A DNA stretch of 64,000 bases, taken from an uncultured bacterium (lineage in GTDB: Bacteria; Patescibacteriota; Minisyncoccia; Phycocordibacterales; GWA1-40-21). The position numbers and the translations under genes were made by a program. Numbering within the stretch: position 1 is the first letter of the stretch; each line of letters starts with the position of its first letter. Location: the NCBI GenBank assembly GCA_963798465.1, contig CAWCTC010000001.1, positions 656,465 to 720,464 of the forward strand, in the 5' to 3' direction. The notes beneath the pieces are model-generated. The model ran no database searches. It worked only from the letters and a program-made list of their open reading frames with translations, and had not been told where the DNA came from. Of the stretch, positions 49,597-60,120 are shown piece by piece.

Positions 49597-51729
49597 CTAT
49601 TTGAGCGTCCCGTTATTGATTCCTGTTATTACAGTTTCTCCTTGAGATTCAAATCCTGGATTAATTTTCATTGCATCTTTGACTTGCGCAATTGCGGAAG
49701 CCTTGTCGCCTTTCTGCAAATAATTTTCTGCTCTTATCAAATATGCTCTGACTATGTCTTGACTGGTTGTCGTAGCGGTGCCGATAATCTGGTTAGCCAA
49801 AGAATCCTGATTATCAACAATCAGAGCTGCGGCATAACTCATCTTTGCATCATCATCAATCGGCATCAAATCATATTCTTTCTTTGCGATTGCAACTGCT
49901 TGATCTCCTTGTCCAAGATATGAATAACATTTTGCCAACTCAGCCATCATTGTCAATTTATCCGGTGAAAGTTCAACGGCTTTCTGCAAATAAGGCAAAG
50001 CCAGCTGATATTGGCTCATATTGTCCAAAAATGTTCCCATGAAAAACTGATATCTTGCATCATTCGGGGTTTGCAACAATTGGGTTTGCATTTGAGTGTA
50101 TGCGAGCTCGACAAAATTCTGCTTCGTCGTATTATCTACGGAACTTGCCGCAGCTATTGATGGCGCAATGCTGATTATCTGCTCTCTCGCTTCCGGACTT
50201 CCAAAAGTATTTTCAGCAAATACTTTATTGAAATAATTCAAAGATGCTTGCGGAGATTGATTGACCGATTCCATTGCATTTATGAGATTGAGATTTGCGT
50301 CTATCGGTTTTATATTGCAATACCAGAGAGATGCTCCCAAAGCTAAAATCAAAATCGGCGCGACGACATAATTTGCGATATCATTGCTTACTCCGGTTTT
50401 TTCAACAGAAGATTCATCAGTTTTTGCATCCCTAAAATAGATATATGCTAATATCGCGTAGAAAAACATGTAACTCGTAAGATTGTCGAAAACAAAAAGA
50501 TTTTGCGCAAAATATGCAGCAAGCAAACCGACTATCAATCCTGCTTCTATTACTCCAAAATTATTTCTCTTCTTTATAAAGACAAACAGTGCTGTAATAA
50601 AAATTGAAAGATAAGCCAAGAGACCGATTGCTCCGCCTGCGACAAGAACATCGAGAGGTGTATCATGCGCACGATCAAACCATTGCTCTTGATTCCACAT
50701 TCTTGGATCATAATATTTATTGAAGACATAATTGAATCCTTCCTGTCCCCAGCCGAGCACCGGCTTTTCCAAGAAACCTTTAGCCGCCATTTCCCAAACA
50801 TATTGTCTTGCTTGTCCGGAATCAGAAACATTATCCCATGAAATTTCTGCAAATCTTTCCAAAGTCGGATTATTTTTTACGAATTGAGTATTTTTTATTG
50901 CAATAAAACCACCAATAAGCAAAACTACTATCGCGATTAAACCTATTGAAGAATTCTTGACCAGTTTATTTTTCTTTTCAAAAATTGCAACTATGATTGA
51001 TGTCACGACTAAACCTCCGAGCAAGCCGAGTACAACTCCTCTTGTTCCAGTCCTCCAAATGCCGAATGCGCATATCGCAGCTGCCACAGCATAAGCATAA
51101 GTAAGCCAATTGCTGAAAATATCTCTTATCGGTTTCAAAGAGTCTGCTTTTTTTTCAATTACATCTTTGTACAAAAGTATCAAAGCGAAGAAGAAATTGA
51201 ACAAGAAATAAACTGCGACATAAATGGCATTTCCAAAAGTCACAGAAACTCTCGTCGTATGAGTCGTGAGCCATTCATTTATCACAAAAATAATCATAAT
51301 GACGCTGGCAAAAACAGAAGTTCTGAAAAACCACATCCAGATTTTTTCCGATTTCATGATTGAACCGAAAACGAGCAGATACATCAAAAGATGCACGAGA
51401 GTTATTCCTCCGTCCATTCTTTCAAAATTGCTCCAGAAAGCTTTCGCTGGATTTACAGCAAAAATATCGGCGATTATCATTACAAAAACAAAAGCTGCAA
51501 CTGAAATTGCCACCCACGAAAATTTTGGCCTGTATTTAGGATCGACAAAGGCAAGATAAACCCACAAAGCAAAAATTATTTCTATTATTATTCTGAAAGC
51601 GAAATTTTTTCCTGTGATGAACGGAAAGAACATATTATTCGCCACATAAAAAGGTATCAGCAAAACTGACCAGAGGCCGACAATTATCGTCCACTTTATT
51701 ATATTATTTACTGTATTATTTTTACTCAT
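49597..51729 (-). CDS. O-antigen ligase/polymerase-like (Wzy_C) polytopic membrane protein with C-terminal TPR repeats
   Basis: At least 10 TM helices, with a loop 'GTRGV...' and 'GWGQEGFNYVF...RAHDTPLDVLVAGG'. The C-terminal ~230 aa are TPR-like ('YQLALPYLQKAVELSPD'). Confidence 0.65.
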   Translation of the reverse strand: MSKNNTVNNIIKWTIIVGLWSVLLIPFYVANNMFFPFITGKNFAFRIIIEIIFALWVYLAFVDPKYRPKFSWVAISVAAFVFVMIIADIFAVNPAKAFWSNFERMDGGITLVHLLMYLLVFGSIMKSEKIWMWFFRTSVFASVIMIIFVINEWLTTHTTRVSVTFGNAIYVAVYFLFNFFFALILLYKDVIEKKADSLKPIRDIFSNWLTYAYAVAAAICAFGIWRTGTRGVVLGLLGGLVVTSIIVAIFEKKNKLVKNSSIGLIAIVVLLIGGFIAIKNTQFVKNNPTLERFAEISWDNVSDSGQARQYVWEMAAKGFLEKPVLGWGQEGFNYVFNKYYDPRMWNQEQWFDRAHDTPLDVLVAGGAIGLLAYLSIFITALFVFIKKRNNFGVIEAGLIVGLLAAYFAQNLFVFDNLTSYMFFYAILAYIYFRDAKTDESSVEKTGVSNDIANYVVAPILILALGASLWYCNIKPIDANLNLINAMESVNQSPQASLNYFNKVFAENTFGSPEAREQIISIAPSIAAASSVDNTTKQNFVELAYTQMQTQLLQTPNDARYQFFMGTFLDNMSQYQLALPYLQKAVELSPDKLTMMAELAKCYSYLGQGDQAVAIAKKEYDLMPIDDDAKMSYAAALIVDNQDSLANQIIGTATTTSQDIVRAYLIRAENYLQKGDKASAIAQVKDAMKINPGFESQGETVITGINNGTLK

Positions 51730-51776
51730 TGATTTTGAGAAATCACGTCTACGCAGTCGTCCTTCCCGCGCGACGG
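51730..51776 (-). repeat. Two-hairpin 'AAGGAC-loop' element, copy 3 (abuts start of 710-aa gene)
   Basis: Minus strand reads 'CGUCGCGC-gggAAGGACgacu-GCGUaGACG' then 'UGAUUU-CUCA-AAAUCA' then AUG. Confidence 0.65.
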
Positions 51777-51920
51777 AACTTTTTAAATTAATTTATAAAT
51801 GCCTTCGACTTATTATTTTTAATGTCTGGGATTATATCATAAAAAAATACAAGCAACTATAAGCATGCGTTTTGTTTTTTAGCCCAAAAATGCTAACATT
51901 CACCTGTAAAAAATAAAATT

Positions 51921-53249
51921 ATGTACAGGCTTTCTTGGAATTATATAAAAGAAAAATGGGCAGATGCCGGCTTTCAGAAATATTTTAAAAATACAGGATG
52001 GCTGTTTGGTGCTCAAATTTTCAGCATGGGTGCATCCTTTATTGCAACAATAATTATCGCCAGGAAACTTGGACCGGGAAATTTCGGACAGTTAAGTTAT
52101 GCGGTAAGCTTCATAAGCATTTTTTCCATCCTGGCAACGCTTGGAATAGACAATATACTTTATAGAGATCTGATAAAACATCCGGAGAAGAAGAAAGAAT
52201 ATCTTGGCACAGCTCTTACGATAAAACTCATAGCAAGTTTTATTACGGCAATATTAGTATGTATTTTTGCATTTTATTTTGGACAAGACGATGTATCAAA
52301 AATACTTATAGCAATTCTTTCAATCGGCTTGATTTTCAATGCCTTCCAAATAATAAATTATGAATTCCAAGCGCAAGTAAAATCAAAATATCCGTCCATA
52401 ATATCCTGCATTGCAAATTTTACAGTCAATGCACTCGAAGTGATGGTCATCTTGACGGGCAGAGGCGTCATTTATTTGGCAATTGTTGCAACTTTTGGAT
52501 CAATACTCAGTGCAATACTTTACTGGTATTTCTATGAAAAAAAGATAGAAGGAAAATTATTCTCATGGAAATTTGATAAGAATATTGCAAAAAATTTATT
52601 GAGAGATTCCTGGCCGCTGATTTTTACCGGCGGGTTTACATTAGTATACGCAAGAATAGATCAGGTCCTTATAAAAAATATGCTTGGGGCAAGCCAAGTC
52701 GGTATATACGGAGTCGCAGTAATCCTGGCAGAAGTATGGAATTTCATACCAGGAATTCTTGTCTCGTCATTTTTCCCAGCAATCATAAATGCTAAAAAAA
52801 CTTCAGAAGAAATATATTACGCAAGATTAAAAAAACTTTCACTTCTTTTGCTGTCGCTTGCAATTATAATTTCCTTGTCAATGACAGTGCTTTCGTCATT
52901 TTTCATACACCTTATTTACGGTCAAGCATTCATGGGTGCAAGCATAATATTGCAGATATATGTTTGGTCATCAGTAGGCACATTTTTGGGAGTTTTAGCA
53001 AGTAATTATCTGATAACGGAAAATAATCAAAAGACGCTGATTTTTATGACTTTTATTCCAATGGTAATAAATGTCATCTTGAATATATGGTGGATACCAA
53101 AATACGGCATAGTCGGATCTGCATATGCAACGCTGATCTCATATTCTTGTGGACCACTTACATTGCTATTATTTAAGGAAACACGAGAAGATATCAAAAA
53201 AATATTCATGGCAAAAAATTATCAGGTATCTATAGCCGATAAAAAATAA
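51921..53249 (+). CDS. Wzx-type polysaccharide flippase (MOP superfamily)
   Basis: 442 aa with about 12 TM helices, and the typical N-terminus 'KNTGWLFGAQIFSMGASFIATIIIARKLGP..FG'. Confidence 0.7.
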   Translation: MYRLSWNYIKEKWADAGFQKYFKNTGWLFGAQIFSMGASFIATIIIARKLGPGNFGQLSYAVSFISIFSILATLGIDNILYRDLIKHPEKKKEYLGTALTIKLIASFITAILVCIFAFYFGQDDVSKILIAILSIGLIFNAFQIINYEFQAQVKSKYPSIISCIANFTVNALEVMVILTGRGVIYLAIVATFGSILSAILYWYFYEKKIEGKLFSWKFDKNIAKNLLRDSWPLIFTGGFTLVYARIDQVLIKNMLGASQVGIYGVAVILAEVWNFIPGILVSSFFPAIINAKKTSEEIYYARLKKLSLLLLSLAIIISLSMTVLSSFFIHLIYGQAFMGASIILQIYVWSSVGTFLGVLASNYLITENNQKTLIFMTFIPMVINVILNIWWIPKYGIVGSAYATLISYSCGPLTLLLFKETREDIKKIFMAKNYQVSIADKK

Positions 53250-54301
53250 TGAAAAATAAAAAACAAATTTTTATATCAATAATTTGGGGATATCCGAAAT
53301 ATTTTTATAATTTTGTAACAGAAGAACATTATCATCTTCACGCACTTAAAGTTGCAAAAGATTTAGGATATGAAGTTGTTGTTCTAATTAAAAATGAGCC
53401 GGGTATTATAGAAAATGACCCGCAATTTGATAAAAATACTCAAGTAATTTATTACTCGAATATATTTAATTATTTATTTCAAATTATTAAATATTCATTG
53501 CAAGGTGCTATTTTTTATGTAAACAGCGTTGAACCGCAATCTCTTTTAATTCCCTTCTTAGCCAAAAAAACCATCTTTATGGGCCACACTCACCCTAAAA
53601 GACAAACTGTTTTAAAACAAAAAATCTTCAATTTTTCCATGATGTTTTTTACTAAGTTAAGATTAAATAATAATGAAGAAAAAGATTTTTTATTGAAAGA
53701 AGGGCTAAAAAAAGAAAAATTAAAAGTTGTGCCTTTATCAGTATCTTCAAAAGATTATCGAATATTAGACGCTAATAAAATTAGAAAAGATCTAGTTTAT
53801 TTTGGGAATGTAGTTATTAAGAAAAATCTGCCAACAATAGTAAAGGCTTGCAATATTGTTTGCGAAAAATACCCAGACGTTCAATTAAATATTGTCGGAA
53901 AAGAATATGATAAAATAGATGAGAAAATAGTAAACAATAAATTAAAAATCATCAGACATGGTTTTATTGAAAAAATTGAAGACGTAAATATATTATTAAA
54001 TAATTATTTAATATATTTGAATTCATCCTTTGATGAGGGTATGTGTGTTTCTGTTTATCATGCTGCTCTCTCCGGATGCGCGCTCTGCCTGCCAAAAATA
54101 ATGTCATTTACAGGCGTATTCAAAGACAAGGCATTATTTCATGAAGTTACTGATTATGAACAATTATCAAAAAATATCATTTACTATTTAGAAAATCCGC
54201 AAATCGCCAAAGAGCACAATAGATTATGCCGGGAAATGATAATTAGAAATTATAATTATCAGAAAATATCGGATGGGATGAAAAAATTATTCACTTTTTA
54301 A
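53249..54301 (+). CDS. Glycosyltransferase, GT-B fold (GT4-like)
   Basis: C-terminal 'YLNSSFDEGMCVSVYHAALSGCAL' resembles the E-x7-E region. The start overlaps the wzx stop. Confidence 0.5.
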   Translation: MKNKKQIFISIIWGYPKYFYNFVTEEHYHLHALKVAKDLGYEVVVLIKNEPGIIENDPQFDKNTQVIYYSNIFNYLFQIIKYSLQGAIFYVNSVEPQSLLIPFLAKKTIFMGHTHPKRQTVLKQKIFNFSMMFFTKLRLNNNEEKDFLLKEGLKKEKLKVVPLSVSSKDYRILDANKIRKDLVYFGNVVIKKNLPTIVKACNIVCEKYPDVQLNIVGKEYDKIDEKIVNNKLKIIRHGFIEKIEDVNILLNNYLIYLNSSFDEGMCVSVYHAALSGCALCLPKIMSFTGVFKDKALFHEVTDYEQLSKNIIYYLENPQIAKEHNRLCREMIIRNYNYQKISDGMKKLFTF

Positions 54302-54310
54302 TAATAAAAA

Positions 54311-55075
54311 ATGAAAAACATAATTAAAAAAATTTGGAAAAAAGTAATGAAACCAATACTGAGATTATATACATCTAGTCCAGATTTATACATAAAAAAT
54401 ACTTTTCCTGTTAGCAACACGGAAAAATACTATAGCCAATTTGGCCAAGATGTTTTCGCACTAAAAAACATTTTTAAAAATAAAAAGGAAGGTTTTTTTG
54501 TCGATGTTGGTGCAAATGAGCCTATTAGTGGAAATAATACATATTTACTGGAATTAAACGGCTGGAATGGCTTAGCTATCGAACCGCAACTGTCTCTCAG
54601 AGAAAAATGGCCATCTATAAGAAAAACAAAATGCCTTAATTATGTTGTCGGACCAGAAAATAAAGAAATAACTTTCATTGAGGGCGACAAGGAAGAACAT
54701 GGTCTTTCTGGAGTTGAGGGATTTAATAAGTGCAGCAATAAATGCAATAAAATATCAGTTCAACAAAAAAGTTTGACGGATATTCTTTCTGAAAATTCTA
54801 TAACAAATGTTGATTACCTATCAATAGATGTGGAAGGATATGAACTCAATGTCCTTAAAAGTATTGATTTTTCCAAATTAAATATCACACTAATAGATAT
54901 TGAAAATGATATAGGATTTAAAAACATACCTTTTATCGGCAAGATGCTTGGAAGCGAGTTCGGTGACAATAAACCAAGAAAATTTTTAGAAAAACACGGC
55001 TACAAATATATCGCAAGAATATTCTGCGATGATTTTTTTATAAAGAAAGAAAAATTGCAAAATCTTAATTTTTAA
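54311..55075 (+). CDS. FkbM-family methyltransferase
   Basis: 'FFVDVGANEPISGNNTYLLE..GWNGLAIEP' and 'YLSIDVEGYELNVLKS'. Confidence 0.8.
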   Translation: MKNIIKKIWKKVMKPILRLYTSSPDLYIKNTFPVSNTEKYYSQFGQDVFALKNIFKNKKEGFFVDVGANEPISGNNTYLLELNGWNGLAIEPQLSLREKWPSIRKTKCLNYVVGPENKEITFIEGDKEEHGLSGVEGFNKCSNKCNKISVQQKSLTDILSENSITNVDYLSIDVEGYELNVLKSIDFSKLNITLIDIENDIGFKNIPFIGKMLGSEFGDNKPRKFLEKHGYKYIARIFCDDFFIKKEKLQNLNF

Positions 55076-55079
55076 TAAA

Positions 55080-56066
55080 ATGCAAAAAGAAATTAACATT
55101 TTATTTTCTTGTGATTCAAATTATGTGATGCCTTTGTGTGTTTGTCTGACTTCAATATTTGAAAATAATACAAATAATAAAATTAATATTTATCTTTTGC
55201 ATAGTGGTTTATCTGAAATAGAAGAAAAAAATATTAATAATCTAGCAACAAAGTATAACCAAACAATCAATCTGATTCATGTTCAAGAATCATATTTTTC
55301 TGATGCTCCAGCATTAAGATGGTCAAAAGAAACATATTATAGACTGCTAATCAATGAGCTTATACCAAAAAATATCGACAGATTATTGTATTTTGATGTT
55401 GATATTATAATAAATAAACCTCTTAATGACCTGTATAATTTAGATCTAGGAGAATATTATATTAGTGCCCTGATCGAAAATGCTGACTATAAAAAAACTC
55501 GCTCAAGACTGGGATTAAACTCGGATGGATTCTATTACCAGGCTGGCGTATTATTATTTGATTTGAAGAAGACAAGAGAAATTTTAAGTTATGATAAATC
55601 AATGGAAGTTATTCATAAACTTGGAAAAAATCTTACAACTGTGGATCAAGATGTTATGAATGTAATCTTTGATGGTAAAATTAAAGCACTTGATAAAAAA
55701 TTTAACAATGTAAGCGTAACTATTTTTGACAGCAATAATATTGATCGATTATTAAACAAAATAAATAAAAAAGAAATCGCGGAAACATATGTTTTACATT
55801 ATGCATCATCAAAACCTTGGAATAATCTATTCTCTGGATCCTGCGAAAATATTTGGTATAAGTATCTTAAACTATCGCCATATAAAAATTTATATGAGGA
55901 AAAATTCAATACATTAAAATATAAAATATTAAGAACTGGAATAGTTAAAACGATTTTTTTTATATATATTGACATAACACCATTAATAAATAAAATGTTT
56001 ATGACAATCTTACCATTGCATTTATACAATTCTTTTAAGAAATATTATAGAAAACACATTAAATAA
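55080..56066 (+). CDS. Glycosyltransferase family 8
   Basis: 'ILFSCDSNYVMPLCVCLTSI', DxD 'LYFDVDIII' and 'HYASSKPW'. Confidence 0.8.
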   Translation: MQKEINILFSCDSNYVMPLCVCLTSIFENNTNNKINIYLLHSGLSEIEEKNINNLATKYNQTINLIHVQESYFSDAPALRWSKETYYRLLINELIPKNIDRLLYFDVDIIINKPLNDLYNLDLGEYYISALIENADYKKTRSRLGLNSDGFYYQAGVLLFDLKKTREILSYDKSMEVIHKLGKNLTTVDQDVMNVIFDGKIKALDKKFNNVSVTIFDSNNIDRLLNKINKKEIAETYVLHYASSKPWNNLFSGSCENIWYKYLKLSPYKNLYEEKFNTLKYKILRTGIVKTIFFIYIDITPLINKMFMTILPLHLYNSFKKYYRKHIK

Positions 56067-56072
56067 TATAAG

Positions 56073-56915
56073 ATGGATAACTTTTTTAAAAAATTAAGAC
56101 CCTTGCATGAATTAATAAGCCAAAACAAATGGCTTGGTCATATAATGCTCATACTGGAAGACAGTATGAATAATATTTGCAGTTATTTCTATCTGCAAAA
56201 TAAAATCGATATAAGTTTTTTAAACGAAATACCAAAAGATAATCTGTGGATAATATGCGTAGCATTTAATAATTCAATTTTAATCAAAAAACAGATAGAA
56301 TCTTTCAGAAAAAATGCCAGCGGTGAAATAACTTTGATAATCGCAGATAATTCATCCGACAATAACAAGCGGAATATCATAAAAACCATATGTGAACAAG
56401 AAAAAATACCTTACGTCAGCTTACCAAAAAATCCAAGGACACAAGTAAACCTGAATCACAGTTTGTCGCTTAACTGGATTTACTATAATATAATAAAGGA
56501 AGAGCAACCATTTGCTTTCGGTTTTATTGATCATGATATTTTTCCATTAAGCAAGATAGACATAAAAGAAAAACTGAACGCATATGATACTTACGGTTTA
56601 AAACAAGAAAGAAATAGGGATGATATTCATGCTTGGTATTTATGGGCAGGTTTTTGTTTTTACAGGACAAATTATTTAAATTCCTTTAAGCCAAATTTCA
56701 GTTCAGTTGCCTTGTCAAATTGGAAAAATTCAATAGGACTGGATACTGGCGGTGGAAATTTTGAAAGGATATATAAGAATTCAAATATAAAAGTATTGTT
56801 TGCAAAAAAACAGGTTGATAGCAACGGAAGCGAAATAATCGATAATTGGATGCACATAGCAAAAGCATCTTTCAAAAGTCAGGACGATATAGATAATATA
56901 ATCAAAAAAATATGA
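56073..56915 (+). CDS. Hypothetical protein, possible GT-A glycosyltransferase
   Basis: 'IICVAFNNS...LIIADNSSD' and 'FIDHDIFP' are a weak GT2-like pattern. Confidence 0.4.
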   Translation: MDNFFKKLRPLHELISQNKWLGHIMLILEDSMNNICSYFYLQNKIDISFLNEIPKDNLWIICVAFNNSILIKKQIESFRKNASGEITLIIADNSSDNNKRNIIKTICEQEKIPYVSLPKNPRTQVNLNHSLSLNWIYYNIIKEEQPFAFGFIDHDIFPLSKIDIKEKLNAYDTYGLKQERNRDDIHAWYLWAGFCFYRTNYLNSFKPNFSSVALSNWKNSIGLDTGGGNFERIYKNSNIKVLFAKKQVDSNGSEIIDNWMHIAKASFKSQDDIDNIIKKI

Positions 56916-57829
56916 TTTCAATAAAAAGAATAGTCATCTGGGGATTAAGAACCAGATACCACACGCACAGACATATACACCAAGCTTTCTACGAGAACGC
57001 AAAAAAACTTGGCTACGAAGCAATCTGGGTTGAAGATGAAGGAAAAAATGCAAAGCTAATTCAGGCTGGAGATTTAGTCATAGCTGCTGAAACTGTGGGA
57101 AAAATGGTTCCGGAAAAATTAAAATTCGAGGACTACAAGCTCCCTATCAAAGATGGCGTATACTATTGTCTTCACAACTATAAAGATATTTTTAAAGAAA
57201 AAATTAATAAGGATTTTTTATTAAATCTTAAAGTTTATATGAATGAAGCTGAAAAGGCAGACCAAAAATGGGGACCAGCAACTTTTTTCGATTCAAAGAC
57301 GAGAACTCTGTATCAGCCATGGGGTACAAATCTGCTTGCGGAAGAATTCAAAAAGCCTGTTTTCAATAACAATAGGCTAGTGTTTTGGATTGGAAGCATT
57401 TGGAATAATGCTCTAAATCAGGGGAATATTGAAGAAATAAAAGAACTCAAGAAAGTATTGATATCATTAAAATTAAAATTCATAAATATAAGATTCATAC
57501 CTGACTGGCTTAATATTTTCCTGACAAGAATCTCCAGGATTGCACCAGCAATCGCCGGTGAATATCAGGTAAAAGTTGATTATCTTCCCTGCCGAATGTT
57601 CAAAAACATTTCATATGGCCAGCTTGGAATAATAAATGTAGAAAAATTCAAGGATATTTTAGGTAATAATTTCATTGATGGAGATTCAATCAGAGAATTA
57701 ATTGAAAATGCTCTTTCTCTTTCAAAAGAAGAATACTTAAAAAAAGTTGAAGCTCAGCAAGAAATAATTAAAAACTACACTTACAAACAGTCAATAGAAA
57801 ATATTATTAAAGCATTAACAAAAAATTAA
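56912..57829 (+). CDS. Hypothetical protein in glycan operon (305 aa)
   Basis: Intact ORF with a 4-nt overlap (ATGA) with the upstream gene. No motif was recognised. Confidence 0.45.
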   Translation: MISIKRIVIWGLRTRYHTHRHIHQAFYENAKKLGYEAIWVEDEGKNAKLIQAGDLVIAAETVGKMVPEKLKFEDYKLPIKDGVYYCLHNYKDIFKEKINKDFLLNLKVYMNEAEKADQKWGPATFFDSKTRTLYQPWGTNLLAEEFKKPVFNNNRLVFWIGSIWNNALNQGNIEEIKELKKVLISLKLKFINIRFIPDWLNIFLTRISRIAPAIAGEYQVKVDYLPCRMFKNISYGQLGIINVEKFKDILGNNFIDGDSIRELIENALSLSKEEYLKKVEAQQEIIKNYTYKQSIENIIKALTKN

Positions 57830-57834
57830 TTATC

Positions 57835-58647
57835 ATGGGAATTGACCGAGCAGGAATACAAGCTTTAGATTATGCACGCAAAAACAATGTGTCGCTCAAT
57901 AATGTTGCCACAATTGGAAGACAAGGTATATATATTAAACCAAATTTTATTAATAAAATTCTAAAGCAAAATACCATCAAACCAATTACGCCGACAAAAG
58001 AAAACGGTGTATGGTATGCGGAAGAACTTTTCAAAAAACTTGGTGCAAAAAATATTGATTCATTCGATTATTCAGATTACGAAAATGCAACCGTCATTCA
58101 CGACATGAATATACCGATACCGGAGCAATATAAAAATACATATGATTTTGTTTTTGATGGTGGCACCCTTGAACATGTTTTTAATTTCCCCACAGCAATC
58201 AAAAACTGCATGGAGATGGTTTCGGTCGGTGGATACTTTATGTCAGTAACACCAACCAATAATTTTAGTGGACATGGTTTTTATCAATTTAGCCCAGAAC
58301 TCTTTTTTAGAATTTTTGGCGCGGGAAATACAAACGGATTTGAGTTGATTGGTATTTTTATGAGCGCAAATGATACCTGGTATAAAGTATCTGACCCTGC
58401 CGCCATTCATGGTCGGGTAACATTTCGTAACTATACGGAAACATCACTTATTGTACTTGCAAAAAAGACTGAGCAAAAAAATATCTTTGAAAAAACACCA
58501 CAACAAAGTGATTATATCGAAATTGGGAATAATAAACCAAAACAGATATCATTTGGTATCGGACATAAAATCATACAAAAAATACGCCACCTTTGGATAA
58601 GACATGTGAGAATATATGACCCAAATTTTTTCAAAAAAATAAAATAA
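57835..58647 (+). CDS. Class I SAM-dependent methyltransferase-like protein
   Basis: 'YDFVFDGGTLEHVFNFPTAIKNCMEMVSVGGYF'. Confidence 0.55.
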   Translation: MGIDRAGIQALDYARKNNVSLNNVATIGRQGIYIKPNFINKILKQNTIKPITPTKENGVWYAEELFKKLGAKNIDSFDYSDYENATVIHDMNIPIPEQYKNTYDFVFDGGTLEHVFNFPTAIKNCMEMVSVGGYFMSVTPTNNFSGHGFYQFSPELFFRIFGAGNTNGFELIGIFMSANDTWYKVSDPAAIHGRVTFRNYTETSLIVLAKKTEQKNIFEKTPQQSDYIEIGNNKPKQISFGIGHKIIQKIRHLWIRHVRIYDPNFFKKIK

Positions 58648-59468
58648 TGAAAATTGGAATCTTATACATCTGCACGGGAAAATATAAAATCTTTTGGAAA
58701 GATTTTTATTTAAGCTGTGAAAAAAACTTCATACCTGAGGCAGAAAAAGAATATTTTGTCTTCACAGATGCGCCAGAAATAGATTTTGAAAAAGAAAATA
58801 AAAATATACATAGAATATATCAGGAAAATCTCGGCTGGCCTGGCAATACCCTGAAAAGATACGCTATATTTAAAAAATCTGAAGATTTGATAGAAAAAAC
58901 TGATTATTTATTCTATTTGAACGCAAACATTTTATTTCTCAAAAAAATCACTGCTCAGGAATTTTTACCGAATAATAATGAAAAAATCGTTGCGTGTCTG
59001 CATGCGGGATATTATGATAAGCCGATTAAAAAATATCCGTTTGAAAAAAATCCCCGATCGGCCGCATACTTGGAAAAAAAAGATGGAATGAGATATTATC
59101 AAGGAGCGATTAACGGCGGAAAAACCAATGATTTTATTGAGGTAATTAAAATACTCGACGACAATATAGAAAAAGATTTGAAAAATAACATAATTGCGGA
59201 ATGGCATGACGAGTCGCATTGGAATTGGTATATAAACACGCATGCAAGCGGTGTTAAAATATTATCCCCTTCTTATTTATATCCCGAAGGAGTATCATTG
59301 CCATTTGAAGCAAAAATGATGATTCGGGAAAAAAGTCTGATCGGCGGCAGTTCAAGCTTTAGGAATAAAATAGAATTGCGTCTAGTGATCAATGATTTTA
59401 AAAAATTTGTTAAAAATCTTTTATCAAAACTAAAAACTTTTAATTCAAAACATGACTCTGCTAAATAA
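58647..59468 (+). CDS. Glycosyltransferase family 6 (ABO/alpha-1,3-Gal(NAc)-transferase-like), bacterial NxN type
   Basis: 'IGILYICTGKYKIFWKDFY', 'FYLNANILF' (NxN in place of DxD) and 'EWHDESHWNWY'. Confidence 0.8.
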   Translation: MKIGILYICTGKYKIFWKDFYLSCEKNFIPEAEKEYFVFTDAPEIDFEKENKNIHRIYQENLGWPGNTLKRYAIFKKSEDLIEKTDYLFYLNANILFLKKITAQEFLPNNNEKIVACLHAGYYDKPIKKYPFEKNPRSAAYLEKKDGMRYYQGAINGGKTNDFIEVIKILDDNIEKDLKNNIIAEWHDESHWNWYINTHASGVKILSPSYLYPEGVSLPFEAKMMIREKSLIGGSSSFRNKIELRLVINDFKKFVKNLLSKLKTFNSKHDSAK

Positions 59469-60120
59469 AATTTTGTTCAAAATATTCGCTGTGAGGCTCA
59501 TCAGCAGCCAGTGCGGAGAAGATTTGATAATAGAATCGTTCCTGCCTTTCAAAAAAGACGGCTTTTATGTGGATATAGGAGCGCATCATCCCATCAAATA
59601 CAGCAATACTTTTCTTTTTCATAATAAAGGCTGGAGAGGAATAAATATCGAGCCGAATCCTTCAAAAAAATGGCTTTTTAACTTTCTAAGAAATAAAGAT
59701 ACGAATCTAAATATAGGAATCGGACCGGAAAAATCTGAGATGGATTTTTATGTTTTTGACGAAAGCACGCTAAGCACTTTTGATAAGAATTCTGCCGAAG
59801 AATACAAAAAAATCGGACACGTGATTACAGAAATAATAAAAGTTCCCGTTCTCCCGCTCAAAGAAGTTCTTGAAAAATATGCTAGAGATAAAGAGATAGA
59901 TTTGATGTCGGTTGACACTGAAGGATACGATATGCAAGTGCTGAATAGCAATGACTGGAAAAAATTCAGGCCTAGCTTTATTATTCTGGAAACAATAGAA
60001 TACAGCAAAGACGGCAAAGGCAAAAAAATGAACGATGTTTATGATAAATATATGGAAGGAATCGGATATTCAAAAATAGCCGACACAAATATAAATACCA
60101 TATATAAAAAATTAATGTAA
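59452..60120 (+). CDS. FkbM-family methyltransferase
   Basis: 'FYVDIGAHHPIKYSNTFLFHNKGWRGINIEPNP' and 'LMSVDTEGYDMQVLNS'. Confidence 0.8.
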   Translation: MTLLNKILFKIFAVRLISSQCGEDLIIESFLPFKKDGFYVDIGAHHPIKYSNTFLFHNKGWRGINIEPNPSKKWLFNFLRNKDTNLNIGIGPEKSEMDFYVFDESTLSTFDKNSAEEYKKIGHVITEIIKVPVLPLKEVLEKYARDKEIDLMSVDTEGYDMQVLNSNDWKKFRPSFIILETIEYSKDGKGKKMNDVYDKYMEGIGYSKIADTNINTIYKKLM